Assembly: GCA_963828255.1 (NCBI GenBank) | Contig: CAWHDZ010000030.1 | Coordinates: 96,001 to 160,000 of the forward strand | Length of the DNA: 64,000 nt | From: an uncultured delta proteobacterium | GTDB lineage: Bacteria > Myxococcota > Myxococcia > Myxococcales > Anaeromyxobacteraceae | Direction: 5' to 3' | The notes under the pieces: generated by a model | What the model was told of the DNA's origin: nothing | Databases searched by the model: none | What the model saw: only the letters and a program-made list of their open reading frames with translations | Shown: in pieces, positions 41,058-50,545 of the stretch | Numbering within the stretch: position 1 is the stretch's first letter | Layout: every line of letters begins with the position of its first letter | Program-made: the position numbers and the translations under genes

Positions 41058-42578
41058 TTACCGGTGCGCCGCGATCTCCAGCCGCCGCCCGAAGACCTTG
41101 CGAAACAGGACACCCTCCCGCTCCGCATCCCAGATCTCCAGGTCGATCGGCCCCCGCGACCGGAGCGAGATCCGGACCGCCCCTCCGGAACCCTGGACGC
41201 GGACCCCCTTCACGAGCTGGTGGTGGCTTCGGTCGCAGGAATCGGCGAGGCGAAGCAGGGTGGCGAGCTTGCGGACGGTGCGGAAGTCGGCCGGCGTGAG
41301 CACGGCCAGGTCGGGGCGGTCCCGGTCGGGCGGGCTGCGCCGGTGGTACCGGGCCACGAGCGCCACGATCTCCCGCTCCTTGTCGGAGAAGCCGGGGATG
41401 TCGCCGTTCGCGATCAGGTAGAAGGTGTGCTTGTGGTGCCTGGAGTAGCTGACGGCGCTCCCCACGTCGTGGAGCAGCGCCGCCGCCTCCATGACGGGGC
41501 GGGCCGAGGCGGGCAGGCCGTGCAGGCTGGCCAGTTCGTCGAAGAGCGTGAGCGCCACCCGAGACACCTGATCGGCGTGGGCCTCGTCGAACGCGAAGCG
41601 GCGTCCAAGCGCCCGGGCGGCCTCGCCCGTGCTGGCGTCGGGCGCGTGGCGGGCCTGCCGCTCCAGCATGTCCACGAGCAGCCCTTGCCGCAGCCCGGTC
41701 TCGACCGCGGTCACGCTCTCCAGGCCGAGCGCGCCCATGAGCGCCTCCAGCACCACCGCACCGGCCACGACGATCTCCCCGCGGCGGGCGTCGAAGATGC
41801 GCCGCCGCTCGTCGAGCCCCATGTCGGCGAGCACGCCGACGGCGCGCCGGATCCGCTTGCGGGTGGCCACCTTGCCGCCGCCCTCGGCGGCGAAGGAGAC
41901 GATGGTGCCGATGGTCCCCGAGCTGCCCAGCGCGCGGTGCGGGTGGGCGAAGCGCGGGAGCGAGCGCTGGAAGGCCTCGGCCGCGAAGGTGCGCATGAGC
42001 TCGAGCTGTTTCGGCGACACCTTTCCCATCGAGTCGAAGGTCTCGGCGAGCCGCACCGAGCCGATGGCCACGCTGTAGAGGCTCGTGGGGTGGTCGCCCA
42101 CCGCGACCGCGATCTCGGTGGAGCCGCCGCCGATGTCCACGACCAGGTTCCGGGCCCGCGGGGGCTGGCCGCGCAGGACGCCGAGCGCGATGAGGCGCGC
42201 CTCCTCCTTGCCGGAGATGACCTCGAGCTCGAGCCCGGTGGCGGCGCGCACCCGGGCCACCACGTCGGGGCCGTTCTTGGCCTCGCGGACGGCGCTCGTC
42301 GCCACCGCCCGGACCAGCGCCCGGTGGCGGCGGGCCAGGGCCGCGTAACGCCGGAGCGTGGAGAGGAGCCGCTGCTCGACCTCCTTCGGGATGCGGCCGG
42401 TCTTGAAGACCCCTTCGCCGGGGCGGACGGGGTCACGCTCGGTGTGGACGAAGTCGAACGAGCCGTCGGGGAGCGGCCGGGCCAGCTCCAGCCGGACCGC
42501 GTTGGTGCCCACGTCGATGGCGCCGAGGATCCGGGAGTGGGGCCCGCGGGAGGGGGATGCGCTGCGCGAGGTGGGCAC
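41058..42578 (-). CDS. ppx: exopolyphosphatase / pppGpp phosphatase with HD domain
   Basis: AIDVGTN, ATSAVREA, DIGGGSTE, LLHDVG, HHKH. Confidence 0.9.
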   Translation of the reverse strand: MPTSRSASPSRGPHSRILGAIDVGTNAVRLELARPLPDGSFDFVHTERDPVRPGEGVFKTGRIPKEVEQRLLSTLRRYAALARRHRALVRAVATSAVREAKNGPDVVARVRAATGLELEVISGKEEARLIALGVLRGQPPRARNLVVDIGGGSTEIAVAVGDHPTSLYSVAIGSVRLAETFDSMGKVSPKQLELMRTFAAEAFQRSLPRFAHPHRALGSSGTIGTIVSFAAEGGGKVATRKRIRRAVGVLADMGLDERRRIFDARRGEIVVAGAVVLEALMGALGLESVTAVETGLRQGLLVDMLERQARHAPDASTGEAARALGRRFAFDEAHADQVSRVALTLFDELASLHGLPASARPVMEAAALLHDVGSAVSYSRHHKHTFYLIANGDIPGFSDKEREIVALVARYHRRSPPDRDRPDLAVLTPADFRTVRKLATLLRLADSCDRSHHQLVKGVRVQGSGGAVRISLRSRGPIDLEIWDAEREGVLFRKVFGRRLEIAAHR

Positions 42579-42680
42579 GGGATTCCAGGTTACCGCGCCG
42601 ATGCCCGAGATGCCCTCCGAATCGGGGAATGGCTCCCTTTCGTCTCGGGCGCGGAGGAACTCCGCCGCTAGAATGAACGG

Positions 42681-43301
42681 ATGCGCCTCGTACTCGCCGT
42701 CGCCGCCTGGGCGCTCGTCTCGACCTTCCCCCAGGGGAAGCTCTACCGGATGGAGCGGGAGGAGAGCGACCTCGTCGCCCTCCGGGCCGAGGGGCGCATC
42801 CAGGCTCCGGCCTGGGCGGTCCGGGACGTGCTCCGTCGCGGCTTCGAGAGCGACCGGATCTCCCCCTACCTGGCCCAGCGCAAGGTGCTCCACGCCGAGG
42901 GCTGCCGGCCGGGGGCGAAGGACCTCCCCGGTTGCAAGAAGGTGTGGGTCTACGAGCGGTACGAGCCGCCCCTCATGAGCGCCCGCGACTACGCCTTCCA
43001 CATGGAGGTCGCGGTGGACGACGTGGACGACGGCGGGGACTTCGAGCTCCGCTGGCAGCTCGACGAGCGCCACGGCGCGCCGCCCGAGGGGGCCGTCCAC
43101 ATGCGCCGGAACACCGGCGCCTGGGAGATCTCCCCGTCCGGCAGGGACGAGAGCAGGTTCACCTACCGGATCGACATCGACCCGGGCGGCAGCGTGGCCA
43201 GCTGGATCGTCAACATGGCGAACAAGTCGCAGGTGCCGTCGGTGATCGCGGCCGTCGAGGACGAGGCCCGGAAGCGGGTCGCGGCCCGGGCCCAGAAGTA
43301 G
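42681..43301 (+). CDS. START-domain protein
   Basis: Signal peptide, P..SARDY, DPGGSVASWIVN. Confidence 0.75.
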   Translation: MRLVLAVAAWALVSTFPQGKLYRMEREESDLVALRAEGRIQAPAWAVRDVLRRGFESDRISPYLAQRKVLHAEGCRPGAKDLPGCKKVWVYERYEPPLMSARDYAFHMEVAVDDVDDGGDFELRWQLDERHGAPPEGAVHMRRNTGAWEISPSGRDESRFTYRIDIDPGGSVASWIVNMANKSQVPSVIAAVEDEARKRVAARAQK

Positions 43302-43309
43302 GAGGGGGC

Positions 43310-44251
43310 ATGCGCATCGCCGTCGTCGGAGCCGGGGCAGTGGGAGGCGTCTTCGGGGGACTCCTGGCCCACGCCGGGCACGAGGTCGCGTTCGTGGCCC
43401 GGGGCGAGCACCTCGAGGCCATCCGGGCCGGGGGGCTCAAGGTCCACGGCCCCTGGGGAACGCACCTGGTCCATCCGCGGGCCGCTGCCGAGCCCGCCGC
43501 CCTGGCGGCCGCGGGCCCCTTCGACGCCGTGCTGGTCTGCGTGAAGGCCGGGCAGGTGGCGGAGATCGCCCCGTCGCTCCGCGCGCTGGTCGGGGAGGGG
43601 ACCGTGGTCATCCCCCTGCAGAACGGGGTCGAGGCCGCCGGGGTGCTCTCCGGGGTGCTCGGTGCGGAGCGGGTGGCGGGAGGCCTGTGCCACGTCTTCG
43701 CCTGGCGCGAGGGACCGGGCGAGGTGCGGACCACGGGCGCCCCGCTCCAGGTCACGATTGGTGAAATCGGCCGGCCCCCGGGCCCGAGGCTCGCCCGGCT
43801 GGCCGAGGCGATCCGCGAATCCGGCGCCGGGGCGGTGCTGGCCGCCGACGTCGAGGCCGCGGCCTGGGAGAAGTTCCTCTTCATCGACCCCTTCGGAAGC
43901 GTCGGAGCCGTCACCCGGGCGCCGCTCGGGGTGACCCGGTCGGAGCCCAGGACCCGGGCCCTGCTCGTCGCCGCGGTGGAGGAGGTGGCGGCGGTCGCCC
44001 GGGCGCGGGGCGTGGCCCTCCCGGCCGACGCGGTGGCGCGGACCCTGGCCCGCTACGACGAGCTGCCGGCCGAGGCCACCGCCTCCATGCAGCGGGACGT
44101 TGCCGCCGGCCGCCCGTCCGAGCTGCACGAGCAGACCGGCGCGGTGGTGCGCCTCGGGGAGGCCGCCGGAGCCGCGGTTCCCGTCCACCGGCTCCTCTAC
44201 GCCGCCCTGCTCCCCCAGGAGGCAGCGGCGCGCCGGGTCGGGTCGGGGTAG
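43310..44251 (+). CDS. panE: 2-dehydropantoate 2-reductase
   Basis: GAGAVG, LQNG, WEKF, SMQRD..GRPSE. Confidence 0.9.
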   Translation: MRIAVVGAGAVGGVFGGLLAHAGHEVAFVARGEHLEAIRAGGLKVHGPWGTHLVHPRAAAEPAALAAAGPFDAVLVCVKAGQVAEIAPSLRALVGEGTVVIPLQNGVEAAGVLSGVLGAERVAGGLCHVFAWREGPGEVRTTGAPLQVTIGEIGRPPGPRLARLAEAIRESGAGAVLAADVEAAAWEKFLFIDPFGSVGAVTRAPLGVTRSEPRTRALLVAAVEEVAAVARARGVALPADAVARTLARYDELPAEATASMQRDVAAGRPSELHEQTGAVVRLGEAAGAAVPVHRLLYAALLPQEAAARRVGSG

Positions 44252-44260
44252 AGTCGCCGG

Positions 44261-45910
44261 ATGTCCTGGACGACCCTCCGCGTGGCCAGCCTGGCCGCCC
44301 TCGTCACCCTCGCCTCCGCCTGCGACCAGGCGCCGCCCCCCCCGACCATCGTCGTCACCGTGGCGCCGGAGGTGGCGGCCGTCGATCCCGGGAAGACCCA
44401 GCCCTTCGTGGCCACGGTCTCCGGCATCGCCAACCAAGCGGTGGTCTGGTCGGTGACGGAGGCGGGCGGAGGCACAGTCACCGCCGCCGGCATCTACACC
44501 GCCCCCGCGGCCAGCGGGACCTACCACGTGGTGGCGACGAGCCAGGTGGACCGGACCCGCCAGGCCACCGCCACGGTCTACGTGGGTGGCTCCGGGACCT
44601 GCCTCCTCAACACGCCCCAGCCGAGCGCGCTGCCCGCGGCGCAGGTGGTCTCGCTGGGCACCCATGCGGTCGGCGACACCGTGACCTTCGCCGTCCCCGC
44701 CGGGACCGGGAGCGTGACCATCCTGCAGCAGGGGGTGGAGCAGCTGGCCGCCCGGTCGGTCACCTGGAGCGGGGTGCGGCTCGAGAACACCGTCGTTCCA
44801 CTCACGGTGAGCGTGGACGGCGTGAAGTACTTCGACGACTCGATCATTCCCCCCGACGACCCGGCAGAGTGGGGACCGCCCGACGGCACCGGGGTGGGCG
44901 CCATCTATTCGTACATCCCGTCCCCCTGGACCGGGGCCATGACCGTGCCCAACACCTCGAGCGCCCTCCAGTACGTGGCGGACCACGGCGGGGTGCCGTC
45001 CGGAACCTGGTCGGTGGTGGTGAACGACTACGCCGCGGAGTGCAAGGCGCTGGGCCCGCCCGGCTGCCTGGTGGGCGACGGGACGACCGCCTACCCGGAC
45101 GGCCGGTACGACGTGACGGTGCTGGTGAAGCCCGGCGCGGTGGCCTCCACCGGGACCATGGACGTGAACCTCCACCTGGTGACCAACCGCTACACGGCGG
45201 CCAGCGCCGCCGCCGACCCCTCGATGGCCCGCATGCGCGAAACCCTCGCGACCTACCTGGCCCGCGCCGGGATCGCGCTGGGGGCGGTCAACTTCGTGGA
45301 CGAGTCGGCCACGGTGAAGGCCCGCTACGCCGGCGGCGTGAGCGTGGACGACCTCTCCCCCTGCGGCGAGGTGGCCACCGTGCTGCGCCTGGCGGTCCCG
45401 GGGAACGCCATGAGCCTCTTCCTGGTGAACAGCCTGACCACCTCGCTGGGCGGCTACACGGTGGTCGGCCAGGACGGGACCATCCCCGGGCCGGCGTCGG
45501 TGGGAGGGACGGTGGCGAGCGGGGCGCTGGTGTCGATCGAGGACCTGGCGCAGACCATCACTCCAACGTCCTGCCAGGGGGCCATCGACCTCAGGGCCTG
45601 CGGGGCCGACATGACCGCCTACATCGGCGCCCACGAGACCGGCCACTTCCTCGGCCTCTACCACGTCACCGAGAGCGCCGGCACGCTCTTCGACCCGGTC
45701 AAGGACACGCCCCTCTGCCAGGTCTCGGTGTGCGCGCCCGGCAAGGTGGAAGTGGTGAACGCCGAGTGCACGAAGCAGCTCGTGGACCCGGCCAGCACCT
45801 GCGGCGGCGGCGACAACCTCATGTTCTGGCTGGTGGACCAGGTGCTCTCCACCGGGACCATCTCGGCCCAGCAGTCCAGCATCGTCCGGGCCAGCCCGGC
45901 CGTCCGATAG
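44261..45910 (+). CDS. lipoprotein with Ig-like domain and metzincin metalloprotease domain
   Basis: Lipobox LASAC; HETGHFLGLYH (HExxHxxGxxH); NLMF Met-turn. Confidence 0.82.
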   Translation: MSWTTLRVASLAALVTLASACDQAPPPPTIVVTVAPEVAAVDPGKTQPFVATVSGIANQAVVWSVTEAGGGTVTAAGIYTAPAASGTYHVVATSQVDRTRQATATVYVGGSGTCLLNTPQPSALPAAQVVSLGTHAVGDTVTFAVPAGTGSVTILQQGVEQLAARSVTWSGVRLENTVVPLTVSVDGVKYFDDSIIPPDDPAEWGPPDGTGVGAIYSYIPSPWTGAMTVPNTSSALQYVADHGGVPSGTWSVVVNDYAAECKALGPPGCLVGDGTTAYPDGRYDVTVLVKPGAVASTGTMDVNLHLVTNRYTAASAAADPSMARMRETLATYLARAGIALGAVNFVDESATVKARYAGGVSVDDLSPCGEVATVLRLAVPGNAMSLFLVNSLTTSLGGYTVVGQDGTIPGPASVGGTVASGALVSIEDLAQTITPTSCQGAIDLRACGADMTAYIGAHETGHFLGLYHVTESAGTLFDPVKDTPLCQVSVCAPGKVEVVNAECTKQLVDPASTCGGGDNLMFWLVDQVLSTGTISAQQSSIVRASPAVR

Positions 45911-45919
45911 GAGCCCGCC

Positions 45920-46456
45920 ATGCACGCCGCCACAGCGCTCCTCGCCGTCCTCCTCCAGGCCGCTCCCGCCATGACCGATGCGGAGGTGAGGGGGCGCGTC
46001 GAGGCCCTGCTCGGCGCCATCGACCGTCCCATCCGCGCCGAGCAATGGAAGGCGCTCGGCCCCGCGGCCATCCCGGTGCTCGTCGAGGTCGCGGCCGGGG
46101 GCGACCAGATGCCGTCGAGGCGGTCCAAGGCGCTCGGGGCGCTGGCCGCCGTGGACCCCGGCCAGGCCGAGCCGCTGGCCCGCGCGCTCGCCGACGCCGA
46201 CGGCGCACCGCTCACCGTCCGCGAGACGGCGGTGCGGGTGCTGGGGCGGATGCTCCCCCCGGCGGGGCTCCGCGCTGCGCTGGCGCCGGTGCTGCGGGCT
46301 GCGCCGGATGCGGCGCTGCGGGCCGTGGCCGCCGAGACCCTGGCGCGCCACGCGCCCGGGATGGCCTGCCCCGAGGTGATGGACCAGGCCTCGCTCGAGC
46401 CGGCCCTCGACCGGGTGGCCTTCGAGCGGGCCGCGGCGCTCTGCTCCGGACGCTAG
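45920..46456 (+). CDS. exported HEAT-repeat protein
   Basis: Signal peptide; VR..A...LG helical repeats. Confidence 0.7.
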   Translation: MHAATALLAVLLQAAPAMTDAEVRGRVEALLGAIDRPIRAEQWKALGPAAIPVLVEVAAGGDQMPSRRSKALGALAAVDPGQAEPLARALADADGAPLTVRETAVRVLGRMLPPAGLRAALAPVLRAAPDAALRAVAAETLARHAPGMACPEVMDQASLEPALDRVAFERAAALCSGR

Positions 46457-46481
46457 ATCGGCCGCCGGGCCGGGCTCCGGG

Positions 46482-48233
46482 TCAGATGGTGTCCCAGGTG
46501 TAGCCTTCCTTCTCGAAGGCGTGGTCAGCCACCAGCTTCACCAGCTCGTCGTCGTTGTCGTCGATGCGGTTCAGGTTGCTGCGCATGCGGCGGCGGGCCC
46601 GGCCGGCGAAGATTTCCAGGATGGCGAGCTCCTGCGCCGCGCCCTCCTCCCCCCTGGCCTCGACGGCGGAGTTGACGCGCGAGAGCACGGTGGAGAGGAC
46701 GAAGAGGTCGATGAGGATGTCGGCCAGCCGGTGGGTGGCGAACTGCTTGCCCACCACCTTGCCCCCGTGCTTGCGGAGGATCCGGTCGGCGGCCAGCGCC
46801 ACGTCGCGGGTGCCCTCCTCGACCACGGTGGCCGCCTTCTTCACCGCCGGTACGAGCAGGGTGAAGCTGCGCCGCTCGCCCACCAGGCCAGTGGCCAGCG
46901 AGGCCCGCTTGCGGGCGTAGCCGGAGAGGACGCCGAAGCCCTTGATGGGGTCGGCCACCCCGCTCTTCACCACCCCGGCGATCTCCTTCAGTTGCTGCCC
47001 CACGTCGTTCATCGCCATGAGCGCGATGAAGAGCCGCAAGATCTCGTTGGTCCCCTCGAAGATGCGGTTGATGCGGCTGTCGCGCATCGCCTTCTCGTAG
47101 GGGAACTCCCGCATGTAGCCGTTGCCGCCGGCGACCTGCAGGGCCTCGTCGGAGGTGCGCCAGAGGGCCTCGGTGGCGAAGACCTTGGAGATGGCCGCCT
47201 CCACCGCGTAGTCCTCGTACCCCTGGTCGATGAGGCCGGCCACCATGCTCACCACCGACTCGGCGGCGAAGGTGTCCACCACCATGATGCCCACCTTCTC
47301 CTTGATCATGCCGAACTCGGAGATGGGGCGGCCGAACTGCTGCCGCTCCACCGCCTGCTTGGCCGAGAGCGCGATGAGCCGCTTCATGCCCCCCACTGCG
47401 CCGCCACCCAGGCCGGTGCGGCCGGAGTTGAGGATGCGCATGGCGGCCTTGAAGCCCTGCCCCACGCCACCCAGGACGTGGTCGCCGGGGACGCGCACCT
47501 CGTCGAGGCGCACCGTGGTTGTCGAACTGGCCCGGATCCCCATCTTGTCCTCGTGGGGGCCGGTGGAGACGCCGGGCAGGTCGCGGGTGACGACGAAGGC
47601 GGTCAGCGCCGCCTTCCCCTTCGACTGCACGTCCGGGGTCTTGGCGAAGACCGTGAAGAAGTCCGCCATTCCCCCGTTTGTGATCCAGATCTTCTCGCCG
47701 TTCAGGATCCAGTCGTTGCCGTCGCGCCGCGCCGTGGTGCGGACCGCGGCGGCATCGGAGCCGGCGCCCGGCTCGGTGAGGCAGAAGGCGGCGATCATCT
47801 CTCCGGTGGAGAGCTTCGGCATCCAGCGGGCCTTCTGCGCGTCGGTGCCGAAGAGGAGCAGGCCGCGCATGCCGATGGAGCTGTGTGCACCCACGGTGAG
47901 GGCCACCGAGCCGTCGAACTTGGCGATCTCCTGGAGCACGCGGGAGTAGGCCGTGGAGCCGAAGCCGATCCCGCCGTGGGCCTCCGGGATGACGAGGCCG
48001 AAGAGGCCGAACTGGCGCAGCTCCTCGAGGAAGGCGCCGGGCATCTCGGCCTTCGCGTCCCACTCCCGGAACTCCTTCTCCCGGCCGCCGAGCAGCTGCC
48101 GCACCGAGGCGAGCACCTGGCCGAGCGTCTCCTTCTCCCCTTCGGCCATCTCCGGGAAGGGGACGATGATCTCTTCCTCGATCTCCCCCATGCAGAGGGA
48201 CTGGACGTAGCTGGCGGTCTTCCGGTCGGGCAC
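46482..48233 (-). CDS. acyl-CoA dehydrogenase (long, VLCAD/ACAD9-like)
   Basis: FCLTEPGAGSD, KMGIRAS, GGNGYM, RIFEGTNEI. Confidence 0.93.
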   Translation of the reverse strand: MPDRKTASYVQSLCMGEIEEEIIVPFPEMAEGEKETLGQVLASVRQLLGGREKEFREWDAKAEMPGAFLEELRQFGLFGLVIPEAHGGIGFGSTAYSRVLQEIAKFDGSVALTVGAHSSIGMRGLLLFGTDAQKARWMPKLSTGEMIAAFCLTEPGAGSDAAAVRTTARRDGNDWILNGEKIWITNGGMADFFTVFAKTPDVQSKGKAALTAFVVTRDLPGVSTGPHEDKMGIRASSTTTVRLDEVRVPGDHVLGGVGQGFKAAMRILNSGRTGLGGGAVGGMKRLIALSAKQAVERQQFGRPISEFGMIKEKVGIMVVDTFAAESVVSMVAGLIDQGYEDYAVEAAISKVFATEALWRTSDEALQVAGGNGYMREFPYEKAMRDSRINRIFEGTNEILRLFIALMAMNDVGQQLKEIAGVVKSGVADPIKGFGVLSGYARKRASLATGLVGERRSFTLLVPAVKKAATVVEEGTRDVALAADRILRKHGGKVVGKQFATHRLADILIDLFVLSTVLSRVNSAVEARGEEGAAQELAILEIFAGRARRRMRSNLNRIDDNDDELVKLVADHAFEKEGYTWDTI

Positions 48234-48305
48234 GGGATCCTCCTGATTCGAGAATCAACATTTTGACGCGACGCGGTAGCCGATGCAACTGGGAAACAGG
48301 CCGGG

Positions 48306-49247
48306 TCACATCAGCTTGTAGACCAGGACCAGTTCCGTGAAGGTATCCCAGGGGTTGGCCAGCGGCTGGTAGCCGGCCGCCCAGGAGAACCCGGCCGGCG
48401 GGGGCCTCGGCGCGGGTGCGGAGTCGTAGAGCGCCCGGAAGCGGAAGCCCATGCTCCCGTCGCCGAAGATCTTCCAGGTCACGCCCAGCTTCCCGACGGC
48501 CCGGTTGTCGCCGAACGCGCCCACGCGGCCGGTGGGGGTGTTCTGCTCGCTCAGGTTGCCGAGGTACTCGACGCTGGCGTTGTAGGAGAGGTCCTTGGTC
48601 GGGTTCCCCAGGTAGCCCAGGAAGGCGCGGACCGCGGCGAAGTTGATGGAGTTCGGGTCGCCCACCACGTAGCGCTGGTACGAGTAGTCGAGGCCGGCCT
48701 CGCCGATGAGCTCGCCCGTGGCATTCCGGAACAGGACGCGTGAGTAGCCGGCCTGCACGCTGCCCACGAACTGCTTGCCCGCCGGGATGTCGCCGCCCGC
48801 GAGGATGAGCCCGTACACGCCGTTCATCGGGTCGAAGAAGTGGTCGTAGCGGAGCCGGGTGCCCCAGGCCTCGGAGACCGACTGGGTGATGTCCAGGACC
48901 TCGTTGGGAGTGATCACCCCGTCCGCCGGGTCGTTGTCGACGGCGGTCTGCACGGTGCTGCGCTGGAAGGCGACCGTGGCGTCGAAGGTCAGGAGGTCGC
49001 TGTCCCCGAAGCGGTGCGAGACCATCCCCGCGCCGGTGAAGTTGACGCTCTGTGCGTTTCCCGTGGTCATGCCGAAGCCGGCCGTGACCGACGCCGCCCA
49101 GGGCGGAAGCTTCGCCACGTCGTCGGCCTTCCCGTGAGCGAACTTGGGGTCGTCGGCCCGTGCGGGGGCGGGGACGAGGTGGAGAGCCGCGGCCAGGGCT
49201 CCGAGCAGGAAGAAACGGCCGGACTTGGTGGCTGGTTGGAATCGCAT
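48306..49247 (-). CDS. DUF481-like outer-membrane beta-barrel
   Basis: Signal peptide, TTGNA, amphipathic strands. Confidence 0.7.
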   Translation of the reverse strand: MRFQPATKSGRFFLLGALAAALHLVPAPARADDPKFAHGKADDVAKLPPWAASVTAGFGMTTGNAQSVNFTGAGMVSHRFGDSDLLTFDATVAFQRSTVQTAVDNDPADGVITPNEVLDITQSVSEAWGTRLRYDHFFDPMNGVYGLILAGGDIPAGKQFVGSVQAGYSRVLFRNATGELIGEAGLDYSYQRYVVGDPNSINFAAVRAFLGYLGNPTKDLSYNASVEYLGNLSEQNTPTGRVGAFGDNRAVGKLGVTWKIFGDGSMGFRFRALYDSAPAPRPPPAGFSWAAGYQPLANPWDTFTELVLVYKLM

Positions 49248-49299
49248 TTTCGAACCCCTCCGGGAAAAGGACGCCGGGGATGGTAGTCGAACCGGCTCG

Positions 49300-50196
49300 C
49301 TAGCGCTCCTCGATGTCGATGCGCCAGCCCATCTGCTCCTCGGCGTCGGCAGCCAGCGCCCGGCCCGGCGCTCCGCCGGAGAGGCCGGCCCGGACGCGGA
49401 CCCAGGCCGAGAGCGCCCAGAGCTCCTCCGGGGGAACGGCGGCGTACGACGGCATGGGGGTCCCGTCGAGGCCGGTCGCGAGGGTGAGCCAGAGATCGGG
49501 GAGCGAGTTCCCGCGCCGGAAGCGCCCCGCCGAGAAGGGCAGCGGCCGGATGGGGGTGCCTCCGTCGCGGCGCAGCGTCGGCGCCGACGGTCCGTCCCCC
49601 TCGCCGGCCTCCCCGTGGCACTTCCCGCACCCGTTCTGGACCCAGGCGGCCGCCCCGAGCGCGACGAGCGCCGGGGTCTCGGCCGGCGCCGGCGGGACCA
49701 CCACCGGATCTCCCGCCCCCTCCTCCCGGAAGCGCGGCGAGAAGGACTTCACGTGCTCCACCACCGCCCAGCGCTCGGCGTCCCCGAGCCAGTTCCAGGG
49801 GATCATGGCCGTGCCGTGCACGCCCCGGGAGACGGTGCGGAAGAGGTCCAGGTCGGTGGGCAGGGCCCCGGTCGGGGTGGAGCGGAACCCGTATACACCC
49901 TTGGTGAAATCGCGGGCCGGCACGGTGAGGCGCGCGGCGTGGATGCCCTTGCCGTTGCCGTTCACGCCGTGGCAGGGGATGCAGCGGAGCCGGTAGACCT
50001 CCGCGCCCAGCGCCAGGAAGCCCCGGTCCACCGGGGGGCGAGCCGCGGCCGGTGCGCCGTCGGGGGTGGCCCCGGCGAGCCAGAGGCGCACGCCGTCCTG
50101 GGCTGCCGGGGGGATGCCGCGGGTGGCCGGGGGAGGCCTCTCGCAGGCGCAGAGGGCCGCGGAGAGCAGGAAGGGGATGGCGAACGGTCTGCGCAC
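49300..50196 (-). CDS. diheme c-type cytochrome lipoprotein
   Basis: Lipobox LCAC; CIPCH and CGKCH, each followed by a GT.M axial Met. Confidence 0.88.
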   Translation of the reverse strand: MRRPFAIPFLLSAALCACERPPPATRGIPPAAQDGVRLWLAGATPDGAPAAARPPVDRGFLALGAEVYRLRCIPCHGVNGNGKGIHAARLTVPARDFTKGVYGFRSTPTGALPTDLDLFRTVSRGVHGTAMIPWNWLGDAERWAVVEHVKSFSPRFREEGAGDPVVVPPAPAETPALVALGAAAWVQNGCGKCHGEAGEGDGPSAPTLRRDGGTPIRPLPFSAGRFRRGNSLPDLWLTLATGLDGTPMPSYAAVPPEELWALSAWVRVRAGLSGGAPGRALAADAEEQMGWRIDIEER

Positions 50197-50313
50197 GCGC
50201 CGAGTCTAACCGGCCCCGCCGCCCTGCGCGGCCCGGGGAGCCCGGCGTCAAACCCGATCGGGGGTGCCGTTTTGGGGGGGCGCTCCTCGACGAGACGCAC
50301 TACATTTCGCGAC

Positions 50314-50478
50314 ATGCGCCCTGTCCGCCGCCTGATCAAGACGGAGATCGTGCTCCCGCAGTCTCGGGCGGGACGGGCGCTCGTCATCGGCGGCCTCGTC
50401 GCCGGGGGCACGGTAGCGGTGATGATGGTCGCCCTCTTCACGGCCTTCATCTTCGAAACGGTCCGTACGTACAGGTAG
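50314..50478 (+). CDS. putative 54-aa membrane protein
   Basis: MRPVRRLIKTEIVLPQS followed by one TM; GC-typical codon use. Confidence 0.5.
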   Translation: MRPVRRLIKTEIVLPQSRAGRALVIGGLVAGGTVAVMMVALFTAFIFETVRTYR

Positions 50479-50545
50479 CGACCCGTTCCGCTGGCGGGGA
50501 ATTGCCGCCGCCTGCTAGTGTTCCGGGACCGAGGGGAGCGTCTTC

